Shown here one piece after another: positions 49,464 to 62,020 of a stretch of 64,000 nucleotides of DNA. The notes beneath the pieces are model-generated. The model made no database searches and was not told where the DNA came from. It worked only from the letters and a program-made list of their open reading frames with translations. This stretch comes from Somniosus microcephalus (Eukaryota). The number at the start of each line of letters is the position of its first letter. The stretch's first letter is position 1. Location of the stretch: contig CM126209.1 in NCBI GenBank assembly GCA_052327205.1, forward strand, positions 43,152,001-43,216,000. Direction: 5' to 3'. The position numbers and the translations under genes were made by a program.

Positions 49464-50149
49464 CGGCTGAAAATTCAGTAGCCTTAGCGCCTCATTTGAG
49501 GCGCTAGAGGGCCTTGCGCCGGAGTTATGGCCAGTAGTGAAATTCCCTGGGGCCCTAAATCGGCGTTGCTCCGGTAGCGCTGCGCCGGCACCGATGACGT
49601 CATCGGTGTGCGCAGCGTCCCGGTTGCCGTGGTAACCCGCCCGAACTCCGAAATTGAGTTGCGGCCGCCTCGCCCATGGCAGCCGCAACCAGCGTTTTGT
49701 CAGAGGTGCCTTACTGCAGTTAGCGCCGGCGCATTAAAGGCCCCACGGCGGCCGGCCGCTTTCCCGCCGGCCGCCTGCCCGCAGCTCCCTCCCCGGACTT
49801 CTCTCCCCCCCACCCCCAGAACAGATGCAAGCCCGGCACTTGTCCGAGGTGCCGGGCTCATTTTTAAGCAGATTTGCGCGGGCCGCGGCCAGGTGCAGGC
49901 AGCTCCTCCTTAACGGAAGGAGGAGGCCTGCACTTCCCCAGCCTGCCGCACCGCATCGGGTGCCGCAGCGCCGGAATTGCGGCGCGAAACGGCAGTTAGC
50001 GCCCTTTTCCAGGCGCTAAGACCCTTCAGTAGCGCCGGCAGCCGTTTGGGCGCAGCGCCACTGAATTTTTGGCGCGCGCAGGGGACTTAGCGCCGGCACT
50101 AATTTCCGGCGCTAAAGCCCTGGCTAAGCCAAAACCCAATTTCTAGGCC
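49464..50149. mobile_element. CpG-rich PIF/Harbinger-type MITE
   Basis: TAT|CGGCTGAAAATT...AATTTCTAGGCC|TAT: imperfect 12-bp TIR and 3-bp TSD; many TAGCGCC/GGCGCTA inverted motifs. Confidence 0.7.
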
Positions 50150-51114
50150 TATATTTTTACAGTTTGTCTCAGTGTTAATCTAAACTTCTATTTCTGTGAC
50201 ACACTGTCACTGTAAATCTAAATGTATGTGATAACTGGCAGTGTGAGGAGGAGCTGAAGCAAGACGTGTTACCAACCAACAGCGATAAGTACCAGATTTC
50301 TTATATACCCGTGAAATATACAGAGTTCCAAAAATTAAAGCAATTATTAAATGAAATATAGGAACAGGACTATATATTCCCTAATTTCTAACTGCAATCC
50401 TCCCTAGCAGGATCAGTGTATGTGGGATATAACAACAAATGGCAGATAAGCATTAAATGTTTTCAAATTCAAACAACTCCAGTTACTTTGTGCCCAGTGA
50501 CACCTCACCAATGGATGCTCCGAACCAGCGGAGTAAGGCAATAGCTGCAGCTATACTACTCGCTCATATTACGGGCAGAGCGGGATGAGCTTTTCCAAGT
50601 AGTTTTCCCCAAGTACAGCTGCAGTGCCAGACTGACAGTTATGCAGCAGGTGCAGAAGATCAGGCTGCTGCAACACAAAACCACAATATAAGCGGAACAT
50701 TACTCATGTGGGAGTGTGTCCTATTGTTGCAAAATATCCGTTAAATTATCACTGGGCATTAATTACATGAACTAAAGGCTGCAAGCTTTAGCAAATTATC
50801 AAAATACTTTTTTTTAAATAATAGGTAGGGATCTGGATTGGCAGCATTTTATGACGTCAAACCTTACTTACCAGTCAGAGGAATTAAATATAAACCCCAA
50901 TTTTAACTCGGAGCACAAATCGGGTAGGGAAAGCAGGAGGTTCCACATGAGTTTGCCAGCGTGAGTGAGGCCTGGGCGATTTTAACTCCCGATCCTCATT
51001 TCAATATGACTGACGGGCTGACCGCTTTATTTACGCAATGTCCAGCAGGACTCCTGGGGCCTATTTAAAGCGGGAATGCAACTCTTACAGCGAAGTTGCA
51101 CTGACTGAAGACAG

Positions 51115-51955
51115 ATGTCCGTCAAATACTGCAGCAAGCAGGGGAATCTAAGAAATGTCAGAGTGCTGCCCCCTGGTTTTCTGATGTCTCCTTGGAGGTC
51201 CTCGTGGAGACGGTCAAGGTACGGTCCCCCAGCACCTGTAGGAGCATCCCCGAGGTCACTATCCAGCAGGGCTGGACACAGGTGGCCGACAGGGTCAGTC
51301 CAGCAATATCACCCCAAGAATCTGGCTTCAGTGTAGGAAGATGTTCAATAACCTCACAAGAGCAGTAAGGGTGAGTACAGCTCTTCATCTCTACAGCTCT
51401 CTCAACAACACCTGACTACACTCCTTTCACATCCTCCCACCACTCTCAACAATTCCATCCCCTCAGTCGCATCCTTCAACACACAATCACAAGGATGCAC
51501 TGCAACATTTCTCTTTCTCTTTCCAAACACACTCACCTCATCCTTTCCTCTCTTCACACCACACACTAACAGCATTCTCTTCTCACATCCTAGCACTTGC
51601 AGAACCAGCAACTCCTCCCAGGACTCCTTCCTCACTTGTCATTCCACATGCTTGGCTTTACATTCATCACCTCCCAATCCTCATCAATCTTGCTTATTCT
51701 TCAGCGCTCAGCACATGTACTATATACACAAGCCCTACACATCTCCACTTAACTTTTCATTAGCCAGTCACTAACTCTCACCCTATGTTTTTGCAGGACA
51801 AGACAGCGCATAATGCGAGGGAGAGGACCCAAGACCAGGGTGAGGAGCACGCAGCATTATAGCCCTCACCCAAATGGAGCAGGAAGCCCTGTAGATACTG
51901 GGCAAAGCCCTGAGCATCGGGGAAGGTGAGGCTAGAGGCTTATCTGATCAGGGTG
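51115..51955 (+). pseudogene. Harbinger Myb/SANT-like DNA-binding protein gene remnant (two exons)
   Basis: SAAPWFSDVSLEVLVETVK, QQGWTQVADRVS, QCRKMFNNLT; donor GTGAGT at 51371; acceptor TTTTTGCAG at 51796; second exon DKTAHNARERT..ALTQMEQEAL. Frameshifted. Confidence 0.8.
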
Positions 51956-52162
51956 TCTACATATTACTTGCAATCCTTCATTCACCTCAGCAAATATTCA
52001 GTAAGCTTCATAACTGCAAACTGCATCTGAAGATAGTTATGAGCTAACGTTCAGCCTCTCAATGCCATCGTAATTCTTGTCCCTTCACCCTTTCCTTGAG
52101 GTCCTTCTCAGCAGCAAAAGCCTCATGAAGAAGACACCTCAGAGGAGGAGTCACATGCTCCA

Positions 52163-52350
52163 CACTTTGTATAAATTTGCATGATCCTGTTTCTGTGATC
52201 ATACACTGCCTGGGCATCAATGGAGTGGTAGTCTTTCCTATTCACGAATGCCACTGGCTGGTGTTCTGGTGCCCTGATGCCAACGTGTGTGCAGTCAATG
52301 ATGCCCTGGATGCGAGGGAAGCCAGTGACTGCTGCAAATCTCCAAGCTCC
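52163..52350 (-). pseudogene. Harbinger (HARBI1-like) DDE transposase fragment
   Basis: Minus translation FAAVTGFPRIQGIIDCTHVGIRAPEHQPVAFVNRKDYHSIDAQAVYDHRNRIMQ matches the GxIDCTH / NRKG.HS motifs. Frame not in the ORF track. Confidence 0.88.
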
Positions 52351-52404
52351 CTTGTGTGGACTGTTGGAGGGAGTCTCAATCCAAGGTGTTCTCGTGCACC
52401 TCTT

Positions 52405-54915
52405 AGTTGGTCAGGTACAGTCAAGGTACATACCCATGAGGGGGAAAAGTAGGGCAAACAAAGTCAGAGCTCCCTGGATGATGAAAGAGATAGAGAGTAA
52501 GATGAAGCAGAAAAAGAGTGCGTGTGACAGATGTCAGGTTGAGAATACAAGTGAGAACCAGGCTGAATATAGAAAGTTCAGAGGGGAAGTGAAAAAGAAA
52601 ATAAGAGGGGCAAAGAGAGAGTATGAGAATAGATTGACAGCTAACATAAAAGGGAATTCAAAAGTCTTCTATAGGCATATAAATAGTAATCGGGTAGTAA
52701 GGAGGGGTGGGGGCAATTAGGGACCAAACAAAAGTTCTACGCATGGAGGCAGAGGGCATGGCTGAGGTATTAAATGAGTACTTTGAATTTGTCTTTACCA
52801 AGGAAGAAGATGCTGCCAAAGTCATGGTGAAAGAGGAGTTAGTGGAGATACTGGATGGGATAAAAATTGATAAAGAGGAGGTACTAGCAAGGCTGGCTGT
52901 ACTTAAAATAGATAAGTCACCAGGGTCGGATGGGATGCATCCTAGGATGCTGAAGGAAGTTAAGGTGGAAATCGCGGAGGTACTGGCCATAATCTTTCAA
53001 TCCTCCTTAGATACAGGGGTGGTGCCAGAGGACTGGAGAATTGCAAATGTTACACCCTTGTTCAAAAAAGAGTGTAAGGATAAACCCAGCAACTACAGGC
53101 CAATCAGTTTAACCTCGGCAGTGGGGAAACTTTTAGAAACGATAACAGGGACAAAATTAATAGTCACTTGGACAAGTGTGGATTAATTAAGGAAAGCCAA
53201 CATGGATTTGTTAAAGGCAAATCGTGTTTAACTAACTTGATCGAGTTTTTTGATGAGGTAACAGAGAGGGTTGATGAGGGCAATGCCGTTGATGTGGTGT
53301 ATATGGACTTCCAAAAGACATTTGATAAAGTGCCACATACAGAAAACTCTTTGGTATCCGGTACCGACGGGACCGGGATGGTGCCGGTTGATTAAAAATT
53401 CCGGATGATGGAGAGGGTTATCTACCGAGGCTATTTTTAACAAACAAAAATTTAAAAAATCAAGAAATGTGTAGTATACAGTAATTGGATACTCACCTAC
53501 AGAACGTTGTGTTAAATGGATGGTGGAAGATGCTTGATTAAGTACAGTACTGCCAGTTGAGGGTAATCCATAGCTCTTTAATTACTTAAAGTGTGGTGTT
53601 CGGACTTCCGACTGCACCAAGAAGCTGAGTAGTGGCAGTTTGGAGAGCTATCCCCACTGACTAACTCGGCCACCGCGGGAGACTCAGACTCGAACTCGGC
53701 AACATTTCCGGTTATTGAGGTGTTGTTTTCGGAGTATGAATTTTGCCGGTTAATAGAGAATTCCGGATATTTGGTGCCGTTTAAACGAGAGTTTCCTGTA
53801 ATATGCGTGCCAGCAAAGTTGAAGCCCATGGAATAAAAGGGACAGTGGCAGCATGGATCCGACTAAATGACAGGAAACAGAGAGTAGAGGTGAACAGTTG
53901 TTGTTCGGAATGGAGGAAGGTATACAGTGGTGTTCCCCAGGGGTCGGTACTAGGACCACTGCTTTTCTTGATATATATTAATGATGACTTGCACTTGGGC
54001 GTACAGGGCACTGTTTCAAAATTTGCAGATGACACAAAACTTGGAAGTATAGTGTACAGTGAGGAGGATAGTGATAGACTTCAAGAAGACATAGACAGGC
54101 TGGTGAAATGGGCGGAACACATGGCAGATGAAATTTAACGCTGAAAAGTGCGAAGTGATACATTATGGTAGGAAGAACGAGGAGAGGCAATATAAACTAA
54201 AGGCACAATTCTAAAGGGGGTGCATGAACAGAGAGACCTGGGGGTATCTGTGCACAAATCATTGAAGGTGGCAGGGCAGGTTGAGAAAGTGGTTAAAAAA
54301 GCATACGGGATCCTGGGCTTCATAAATAGAGGCATAGAGTACAAAAGCAAGGACTTTATGATGAACCTTTATAAAACACTGTTTCAGCCTCAACTGGAGT
54401 ACGGTGTCCAATTCTGGGCACCGCACTTTAGGAAGGATGTGAAGAACTTAGAGAGGGTGCAGAAAAGATTTACGAGAATGGTTCCAGGGATGAGGGACTT
54501 CAGTTACGTGGATAGACCATAGAAGCTGGGGTTGTTCTCCTTAGAGCAGAGACGGTTGAGAGGAGATTTGCTAGAGGTGTTCAAAATCATGATGGGTCTG
54601 GACAGAGTAGATAGAGAGAAACTGTTCCCATTGACGGAAGGGTCAAGAACCAGAGAGCATAGATTTAAGGTGATTGGCAAAACCACGCAGTGAGTGGTTA
54701 GGATCTGGAATGCACTGCCTGGAAGGGTGGTAGAGGCACACTCAATCATGGCTTTCAAAAGGGAATTGGATAAGTACCTGAAGGAAAAAAATGTGCAGGG
54801 CTACGGGGAAAGGGCGTGGGAGTGGGACTAGCTGAAATGCTCTTGCAGAGAGCTGGCACGGGCTTGATGGGCTGAATGGCCTCCTTCTGTGCTGTAACCA
54901 TTCTATGATTCTATA
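52405..54915 (+). mobile_element. CR1 LINE, 5'-truncated, RT region, interrupted by a MITE
   Basis: [83 protein letters not shown]; 3' tail TTCTATGATTCTAT; several frameshifts. Confidence 0.95.
53340..53798. mobile_element. Tc1/mariner-type MITE, copy D
   Basis: TA|CAGAAAACTCT...AGAGTTTCCTG|TA, inserted just after the KVPH codons of the CR1 RT, which resumes at 53801. Confidence 0.9.
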
Positions 54916-55654
54916 ATGGCAACCCTGGAGCCCCAGCATGAAGCTTTCTGACTGCTATTTGAACAGGGTAATGATGTATGATGGGGAGGGGGAAGAGAAA
55001 GAAACTTAAAGGGGAGCACAGTAGTTTCTCTATTAAGAATAGAATGAGCAATAGGAGGATACAAAAATAAGTTAACAATCCAGAAATCAACCTAAATTAT
55101 TCCAGTTGATAACTTATCTAAAATTGTGCACTGCATAGTGGCAAATATTTCAGGAGCTTTACTCCACTTAAAATCTTCGTTGTCACTAACAGAAGTTCTC
55201 CAAACTTTAATTGCCTGCAGCAGCAAAATATTACTAATTGCCTAACACACCGCCTGTGCTCAGTTGCTATGGCATTGGGAAAATATTTGCCTGGACAAAT
55301 CTCCACATTCAGCACTTTCATCATTTTTGGGAGTTGCCAGTAAAAGGAAACACTAATTATTAAAATACTTAAAATAATAATGCATAATATGTAGTGTCCA
55401 GCAATGGTGGGAGAGGGTAAAATGCCCAGCAAGAGGAAACAATATAAAAAGAGACAAAAATAGTTAGCATTTGATGATTAAAAACACTGAGTAAGCACAA
55501 ATAACAAAATCCAAATAGGGAAAGTCCTTTCCAGAAATAAACTAGTTAGAAAAGTTAATAACTACACGCAGCGGACTTTAGTAAAACAAAGTTCCCACTA
55601 GCATGTCAAACCTATCCGGATTTAATTAATTTAAAATTGGATCCCCATGATTGT

Positions 55655-56291
55655 TGGGAGCTATTTAAATTTAAGATAGTTAAATCGTGTAAATTCGTTG
55701 GTACCTGGTTCTGGTGATGATAGGGCCACAAAGAGTACCCAAACCAGGAGGCCCGAGGCTGGCCCAAAACTGGGTAAGCTGCCTGTGGCCTTCGCATCTC
55801 CAGGGGCAACTCGCCCATTTGAAGAAATGAAAATCGGGCTGCTTATCTTGTCGGCAGCGGCCCAAAGTTAAATCCTGGGGGAGGGGGAGGAGCGGCAACA
55901 AGGGAGGGGGGGTGGTCAGGAGACTGTGGGGTTCAGAGGAGCACTCTGCTCCTCCCAGCACCACAGCAATGCTTACTTTAAAAAAAACATACCCTTTGTT
56001 GATGGGTCACCCAGCGACTGCTTAAGTAACCCTAAGAGGAGCGGGTCAGGCTCTTGCATTTCTGTAGTATCAAATTTAGCAGCGGGGGCACAAAATAGAC
56101 ATTAGGCCCCTTACATATGTAAATGAGGAGTCTAACATCTGTTTACACGGTGCCAGGGATACCTGAAAAATCACACAACTAGGCCTCCTGGGCGCGTCTT
56201 TCAGGCATCCTTTGACTGTGGGACGTTGGCCCCCAAAATAGGCCCTCGTCACGCCTGTAAAACGAGCACATCAAGGTCGAATTTCTACCCC
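55655..56291. mobile_element. Harbinger-like non-autonomous element fragment
   Basis: GC-rich stretch ending CGCCTGTAAAACG..GAATTTCTACCCC, similar to the ends of 36337-37311 and 49464-50149. Confidence 0.4.
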
Positions 56292-59200
56292 ATATTATCC
56301 ATTTCTTGTTGACTTATACTGGTTACATTGAAGTATTTTGATATGTTTTACAAAATCCTTCCCCTTATATAATCCCTCCCAAATTGCTATAGATAGTTTG
56401 TGGATAAAGTCAGCTTAAAAAAAGGCGTCAAAGATCAGCATTTTTTTTGAAGTACTAAATACAGGGAACCTCAAAGCAAAGATAGCAAGGATGTCAGATC
56501 TGATGCAAATTCATAATACTTCCACATTCTAGGCAGGGCTCAATAGAAAAACGAACGCCGCTCCTTCAAGACAAATGTTTTTAGATGGTACAAGACTGCA
56601 GGTCGTGTTTTTCAGGGCTGTTTTGCAAGTACAGTCAAGCATATATCGACCCCTGACATTTGAACCCAACTCGCCTCCGAGGTCTCTACAACTGGCAAAT
56701 AACCCGCTGGGGATCCTGGAGGAAACATGTCAGCTCCACTGTGTCACGTTCCTGCTCAGACACAAATAGCACCAACAGCAATACAAGGTATAAATCCATA
56801 GCCCGACTTTCATTTCCTGTTAGCAGAGCTGGGACTTTCACAGGAAACCATAATATAAAACAAGCAAATGTATGAATCAGTATTTCCTTGTTGGAAAACA
56901 AGATGGTGACAGTGCTGATCAAAATGTGCAGCAAAGACAACTGTATTTGTAACTGAACAAAATCTGGAAAAACTTTTTTTTAAACTTAACTTCTGAAAGG
57001 GTTAAAGAGAGACCGGGGGGCTACTACACTCTTTAAAGAAGTTTATTTGTCTTGAGCATCATACTCCTGGCTGCTGATTGCTTCCACATATCAAACACAA
57101 CAGATGGATTAAGTAGCAAATGATTAAAGAGATGTGCAGCCTGCGAGGGTTTTACTTATAGTAGGCGAAGACTATTCTGGCTTTGTTAAAATGAAACCTC
57201 AAATGCTGAAATATACCGTGACTGCACGATTTTAAGTCTGTTTTTAGCACACTGGAGAAACCTGTACAAAAGAGTGACATTAACATTTCCCAAATCCTGG
57301 GAATATAATTACATGGGTTGGCATCGCTCACCTTAAAATGCTACAAACCTCAAACTATTGCTACAATCAGGACGTTTGCAGTTTTTAAAAGTGTAATTTG
57401 AAATTCAGGAACAGCATTTAAACTGGTACTGTATACTTAAAAATGGAACAATGCAAGTCATTGCATGCACTGCCTAGCTACTGTATTTAAAAATTCCCTG
57501 GTGCTGGGATTTATTTAGACTTTTAAGTTAATTCTGTATTAATGTACAGGTATGGGCACAATTGTGGGCAGTTTTATCTTACTAATAAAGAGCTTTCAGG
57601 GAAGCCCCTAGGACATTAGGCAGAAGGTACCTATAGGGCTGTTAAGCACAGCATGCTTAATCAGTTCCACTGGGATACATAATTAATCCTGCAATGGTAG
57701 GACCTAATAACCCAAGAGCCACTGTCTTACTCACAACACAGCCAAATTGGGTTCAAATTTACCTAATTGTTTGATCACAAGCTCTGTGGTCACGTTTACC
57801 AGTGCACTACAAACTGAAGGGAGTACTGTATATAGAAATGAATCAGTTTACAAAAAATAGTGCATCACCAGAACACTCACTTTTCACATCTCAAATTTTA
57901 TCATTCATTATGTAAACGTATGAATCCGTTGTGTGAGGTACAGTGAATACAATTCCTGCCAAACTTAATCAAAACCTGCTGGGTTTTTTTTGTTGCAAAT
58001 CGTTCAGTCTAACAATAGGATTGGAACAGGATGAAGTGCCCAGGAAGATATTCAGGGTTTAACCTCGGGGTCATGGGCCTGCAGTCAAGCCACAAATTCA
58101 ACAATCTCATCTAGTGGGTAGGGACTCAGCAGAACGAGAACCTCCCACGATGAAGGAGACAGTATGAGTCAAGGTTAAGCTGCCTGGCACAAGATCTTAT
58201 AGAATACGATAAGTGAATTGCTTACAGAATCGGTAAAAGTTGCTCATCTTTTCGAGTAGGTCGGGGAAACCTAGAATACCGCTAAAAAGTTAAGACTCCT
58301 CTGTACGAGAATGTGACTTCCCAATGCAAGATTCATAAGCACGAGGAGGGAGATGCAGAGGTAAATGCAAAGATAAGTAGCTACAGAACGTACTTTGTGT
58401 TCTACCACCATTAACATTTTCCATATCTTTACAAACGCCTCTCTTATTACAATGCAATAACAAACTGCACAAGTAAAAAATATAAATAATCAGGAAAGGT
58501 AGGCACATCACTGAGATCAGATCCTAGCTTGCACAAGTAAAACATTTTTATAAAAAGACTGCAAAAGGGAGCGAGGCAGGAAAACTGACCACATCCCTTC
58601 AGTTAAAGAAAGCAGATAACGCCTCCATTTGGCAAAAGGTTGTTGGCTTGGCCTTGTTCTACCTAAGGAAACAAGTTGATTTTTTATGAGCTTTTATGTT
58701 ATGATTCTTATGGCAGAGAGGGATTCTCTCCAGTAAGACAATATCCAACATTTCTTTCAGCCAATCTGTGTACTTAGTAACACACAACGTCTTCTCCAGC
58801 TGTGTAAAAGTGTCTTGAGGGCCACTAAGAATCTCATAAACAGTAATCACACATTATTGCCTACTCCACTATCCAAGTCCGAGTCTCGTGGTATCCCCGG
58901 GTGAATGAAGGATTTTACTAGGCATTTTGAGAAAGGTGGAAAGCAAATCAAAGACCTCTCCCGCCAGATGGTAGCCTCCATCGGCCTCGGAGGGCCTGGC
59001 CTGCCCCCTCTGTCCTGCAGAGCCTGACAGGCACAAACAACGCCACCCTTTAAAAACAGATGTCACATTACATACTGCTGCACTGAGCCATGCAATAAGA
59101 TTGGATTTCAAGAGGCCTTGCGGGTTATTCCCAACTACCTCATTCAGCTGCAGGGTTTTCCCTCTGACAAGTCACGAGGCTACAAAGAGTTAGCGTAGCG

Positions 59201-60293
59201 GCTCTCTGGGAGCAAGAGCAGAAGCAATCTTCGGCAGAAGAAAACCACAGTGTCCCCTTCAAGATATTAATACAGGAACAGCTCACTGTACTTGCCAAAG
59301 GACTGCAGACATGTGACTACAAGACCAACAGTAAGCAGCTTGTTTATCTGACTTCCAGCCAGAAGTGCTCTCAAACTATAAATAGGCTGGATCAGTCCCA
59401 ATGCTCAGACTTTAATTGAACTGAAAGGTAACAAAGCCTAAAATGATTTACAGAAGACTCCTTGAGCATTCTTTACAAATACAACCATCTAACTTTTGAA
59501 AAACACATTCCCATTTGAAAGGAAAATTTCATTGCTCGTCAAATCTAACAAAAAATGCCTGACAGGCTCCCTTTTCTAACATCCTACAGAACATTTCAGA
59601 TCCACGCAGAATTTTAAAACAATTCCCGCAGGACCCGGGAGCATCATTTATTTTGTGTGTGAAACGTGTAGGATTGCACAATATCTCATGAATCTCAATA
59701 GGTTCCAACTGCAACATCTTTTAATTTTTGACAATGAACAGTGCGTCATGTAACGCAAGATACCAACCTGAGCCAAACGCAATATGCAAATCAGGCATCC
59801 CGTTATGTTTAAAATCCACTGCAATTTACAAAACCACAGACTGCAACCCTTTGTGGTCTGTGACAGAGCCATAAAATTCTATAATACTTATTAGATATTC
59901 CCATAAGATTCGGAATACTTAGACAAGGTAGTTGTAGATTTTTTTTAATGAAAATTGCCATTTATTTTGACTTTACTTCCTCCCATAATAATTAAAAAAA
60001 AACTTTTAATGACATATATCAAACTCCATGGTGCATCACCAATGGCAGAGGTCACCTTGACTCAAATTCAGTGACAGATATGGGGATTTGGATCGTAATG
60101 CGTCTGTACCATAGAGGGCAATCTGGGCATTGGGTGAACGAGGGGGAGGGGGGAAGAAATAGATAGTCATACAGATGTAGAATACCTGTAGAATCTATCC
60201 AAATGATGGGCCTGGCAGAGGAGAATTCCTTCTTTTTTTAAATCAGTGATGTGTTTTTAACATGGATAAGCAATGCCCATCGCTAATAGCATT

Positions 60294-60640
60294 CATAAGA
60301 ATATAAGAACATAAGAATTAGGAGCAGGAGTAGGCCATACAGCCCCTCGAGCCTGCTCCGCCATTCAATAAGATCATGGCTGATCTTCGACCTCAACTCC
60401 ACTTTCCCGCCCGATCCCCATATCCCTTGATTCCCCTAGAGTCCAAAAATCTATCTATCTCAGCCTTGAATATACTCAACAATTCAGCATCCACAGCCCT
60501 TTGGAGTAGAGAATTCCAAAGATTCACAACCCTCTGAGTAAAGAAATTCCTCCTCATCTCAGTCTTAAATGGCCGACCGCTTATCCTAAATATATGACCC
60601 CTGGTTCTAGGCTCTCCAGCCAGGGGAAACAACCTCGCAG
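60294..60640 (-). mobile_element. CR1 3' fragment
   Basis: RLFPLAGEPRTRGH..RRNFFTQRVVNLWNSL; (CATAAGAA)n tail on the plus strand. Confidence 0.92.
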
Positions 60641-60687
60641 CATTTTCCTTCAGGAAAAACAGCTCCTTTAATAACACAGCTGTCATT

Positions 60688-61086
60688 ATAGAAACATAGA
60701 AGATAGGAGCAGGAGTAGGCCATTCGGCCCCTCGAGCCTGGTCCGCCATTCAATGCGATCATGGCTGATCATCCAAATTCAGTACCCTGTCCCTGCTTTC
60801 TCCCCATACCCCTTGATCCCTTTAGCCTTAAGAAATATATCCAACTCCTCCTTGACTATATTTAATGAATTGGCCTCTACTGCCTTCTGTGGTAGAGAAT
60901 TCCACAGGTTCACCACTCTCTGGGTGAAGAAATTCCTCCTCATTTCTGTCCTAAATGGCTTACCCCTTATCCTTAGACTGTGACCCCTGGTTCTGGACTC
61001 CCCGGCCATCGGAAACATCCTTCCTGCATCTAGTCTGTCCAGTCCTGTCAGAATTTTATAAGTTTCAATGAGATCCCCTCTCATTA
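60688..61086 (-). mobile_element. CR1 3' fragment
   Basis: MRGDLIETYKILTGLDRLDAGRMFPMAGESRTRGHSLRIRG motif and 3'UTR. Confidence 0.92.
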
Positions 61087-61169
61087 TAGTAAAAGTAAGG
61101 TTTATAACTTGAAAGTTTGGCAGAGGAGTACAGTATTGTTGGTCTAGACCATGTGTTGCTTTTAGTTTT

Positions 61170-61520
61170 GTTCCCCTCACCAATTTTCTGCCCTCTCCCG
61201 AAGGCACGGATTCCTTGCTGGGTGACCTATCCACAGGTGATCCTCTCTCCAGTAGCTCAACTGAGTAGTCTAATGCGAGTCTTGACAGTGAAGCTCAGCA
61301 AGCTATTTTGCCACAGGGAGCTTCACATACACACACTTCTAGCCGGGGTCATTGGACAACGATCAGGAGTGGGAATGGTGACTAAATCTCCTCTCGTTAA
61401 CCCGGGGCATTGAAGCTGATCTTAGTGCTCCTGCCACCAGCCTAGCTGAGATCAGCTAACAACACAGAGCAGGGACTGAACCTGGGCCCTTCCTGGTCGC
61501 TATGGCTCAGATACTTACTC
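61170..61520 (-). mobile_element. AmnSINE2-like tRNA SINE
   Basis: Minus strand ACCAGGAAGGGCCCAGGTTCAGTCCC..GTTAGCTGATCTCAGC; related partial copies near 33230-33420 and 38130-38350. Confidence 0.6.
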
Positions 61521-61689
61521 ATTAGATAAGTTCAGTGGCATCGGGGAAGCCCTGTGCAGCTTTTATTATGAGTATTGAACTTTGTTTCTCTTGAGATCAG
61601 TGGATTACTCCTCCCAGCCCCCTGTGATAACCTTTGTGAGTCATAGTGTGAGAATCAGCCAAGCGACCAAGACCATCATGCTTTCATTC

Positions 61690-62020
61690 TAAGTTAGCTG
61701 CAGTCAAGCAAGGAACAGTGGTTGGGGGGGGGGGGGGTTTGGGGGGGTGTGCAGGAGGGAGTTACAACTGGGCTCAGGGCCTCAGGCTTGGAACGGGGTG
61801 AAGAATCAGCCAGCTTCCTGGCCCTGATGACTAGTCACGACTCCTGCTGTCAATGGACGCGAGGGTATTGGGCGAGGACGGGATCGGCTTCGGTTGTGAT
61901 GCTCCCAGCACTCGGACAGCCCGCTGACACTCACCATCAAAGTTCATGCGTGAATAATGTCACTCGACTGACCCTACCTGTGGAATAGTACTCCGGCGGG
62001 ACCTGCTGCCTATAAGAACT
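61690..62020 (+). mobile_element. AmnSINE2-like SINE body
   Basis: AAGTTAGCTG..TACAACTGGGCTCAG..AATCAGCCAG..GGGCGAGGACGGGATCGG..TGTGATGC, homologous to the minus-strand copies. Confidence 0.6.

Noticed and set aside
49416-50019. Pro/Ala/Arg-rich ORFs
   Set aside because: Inside a TSD-flanked MITE; composition-driven.
57325-57365. Minus-strand donor-like AAG|GTGAGC
   Set aside because: No convincing acceptor or promoter upstream; such motifs occur by chance at this scale.
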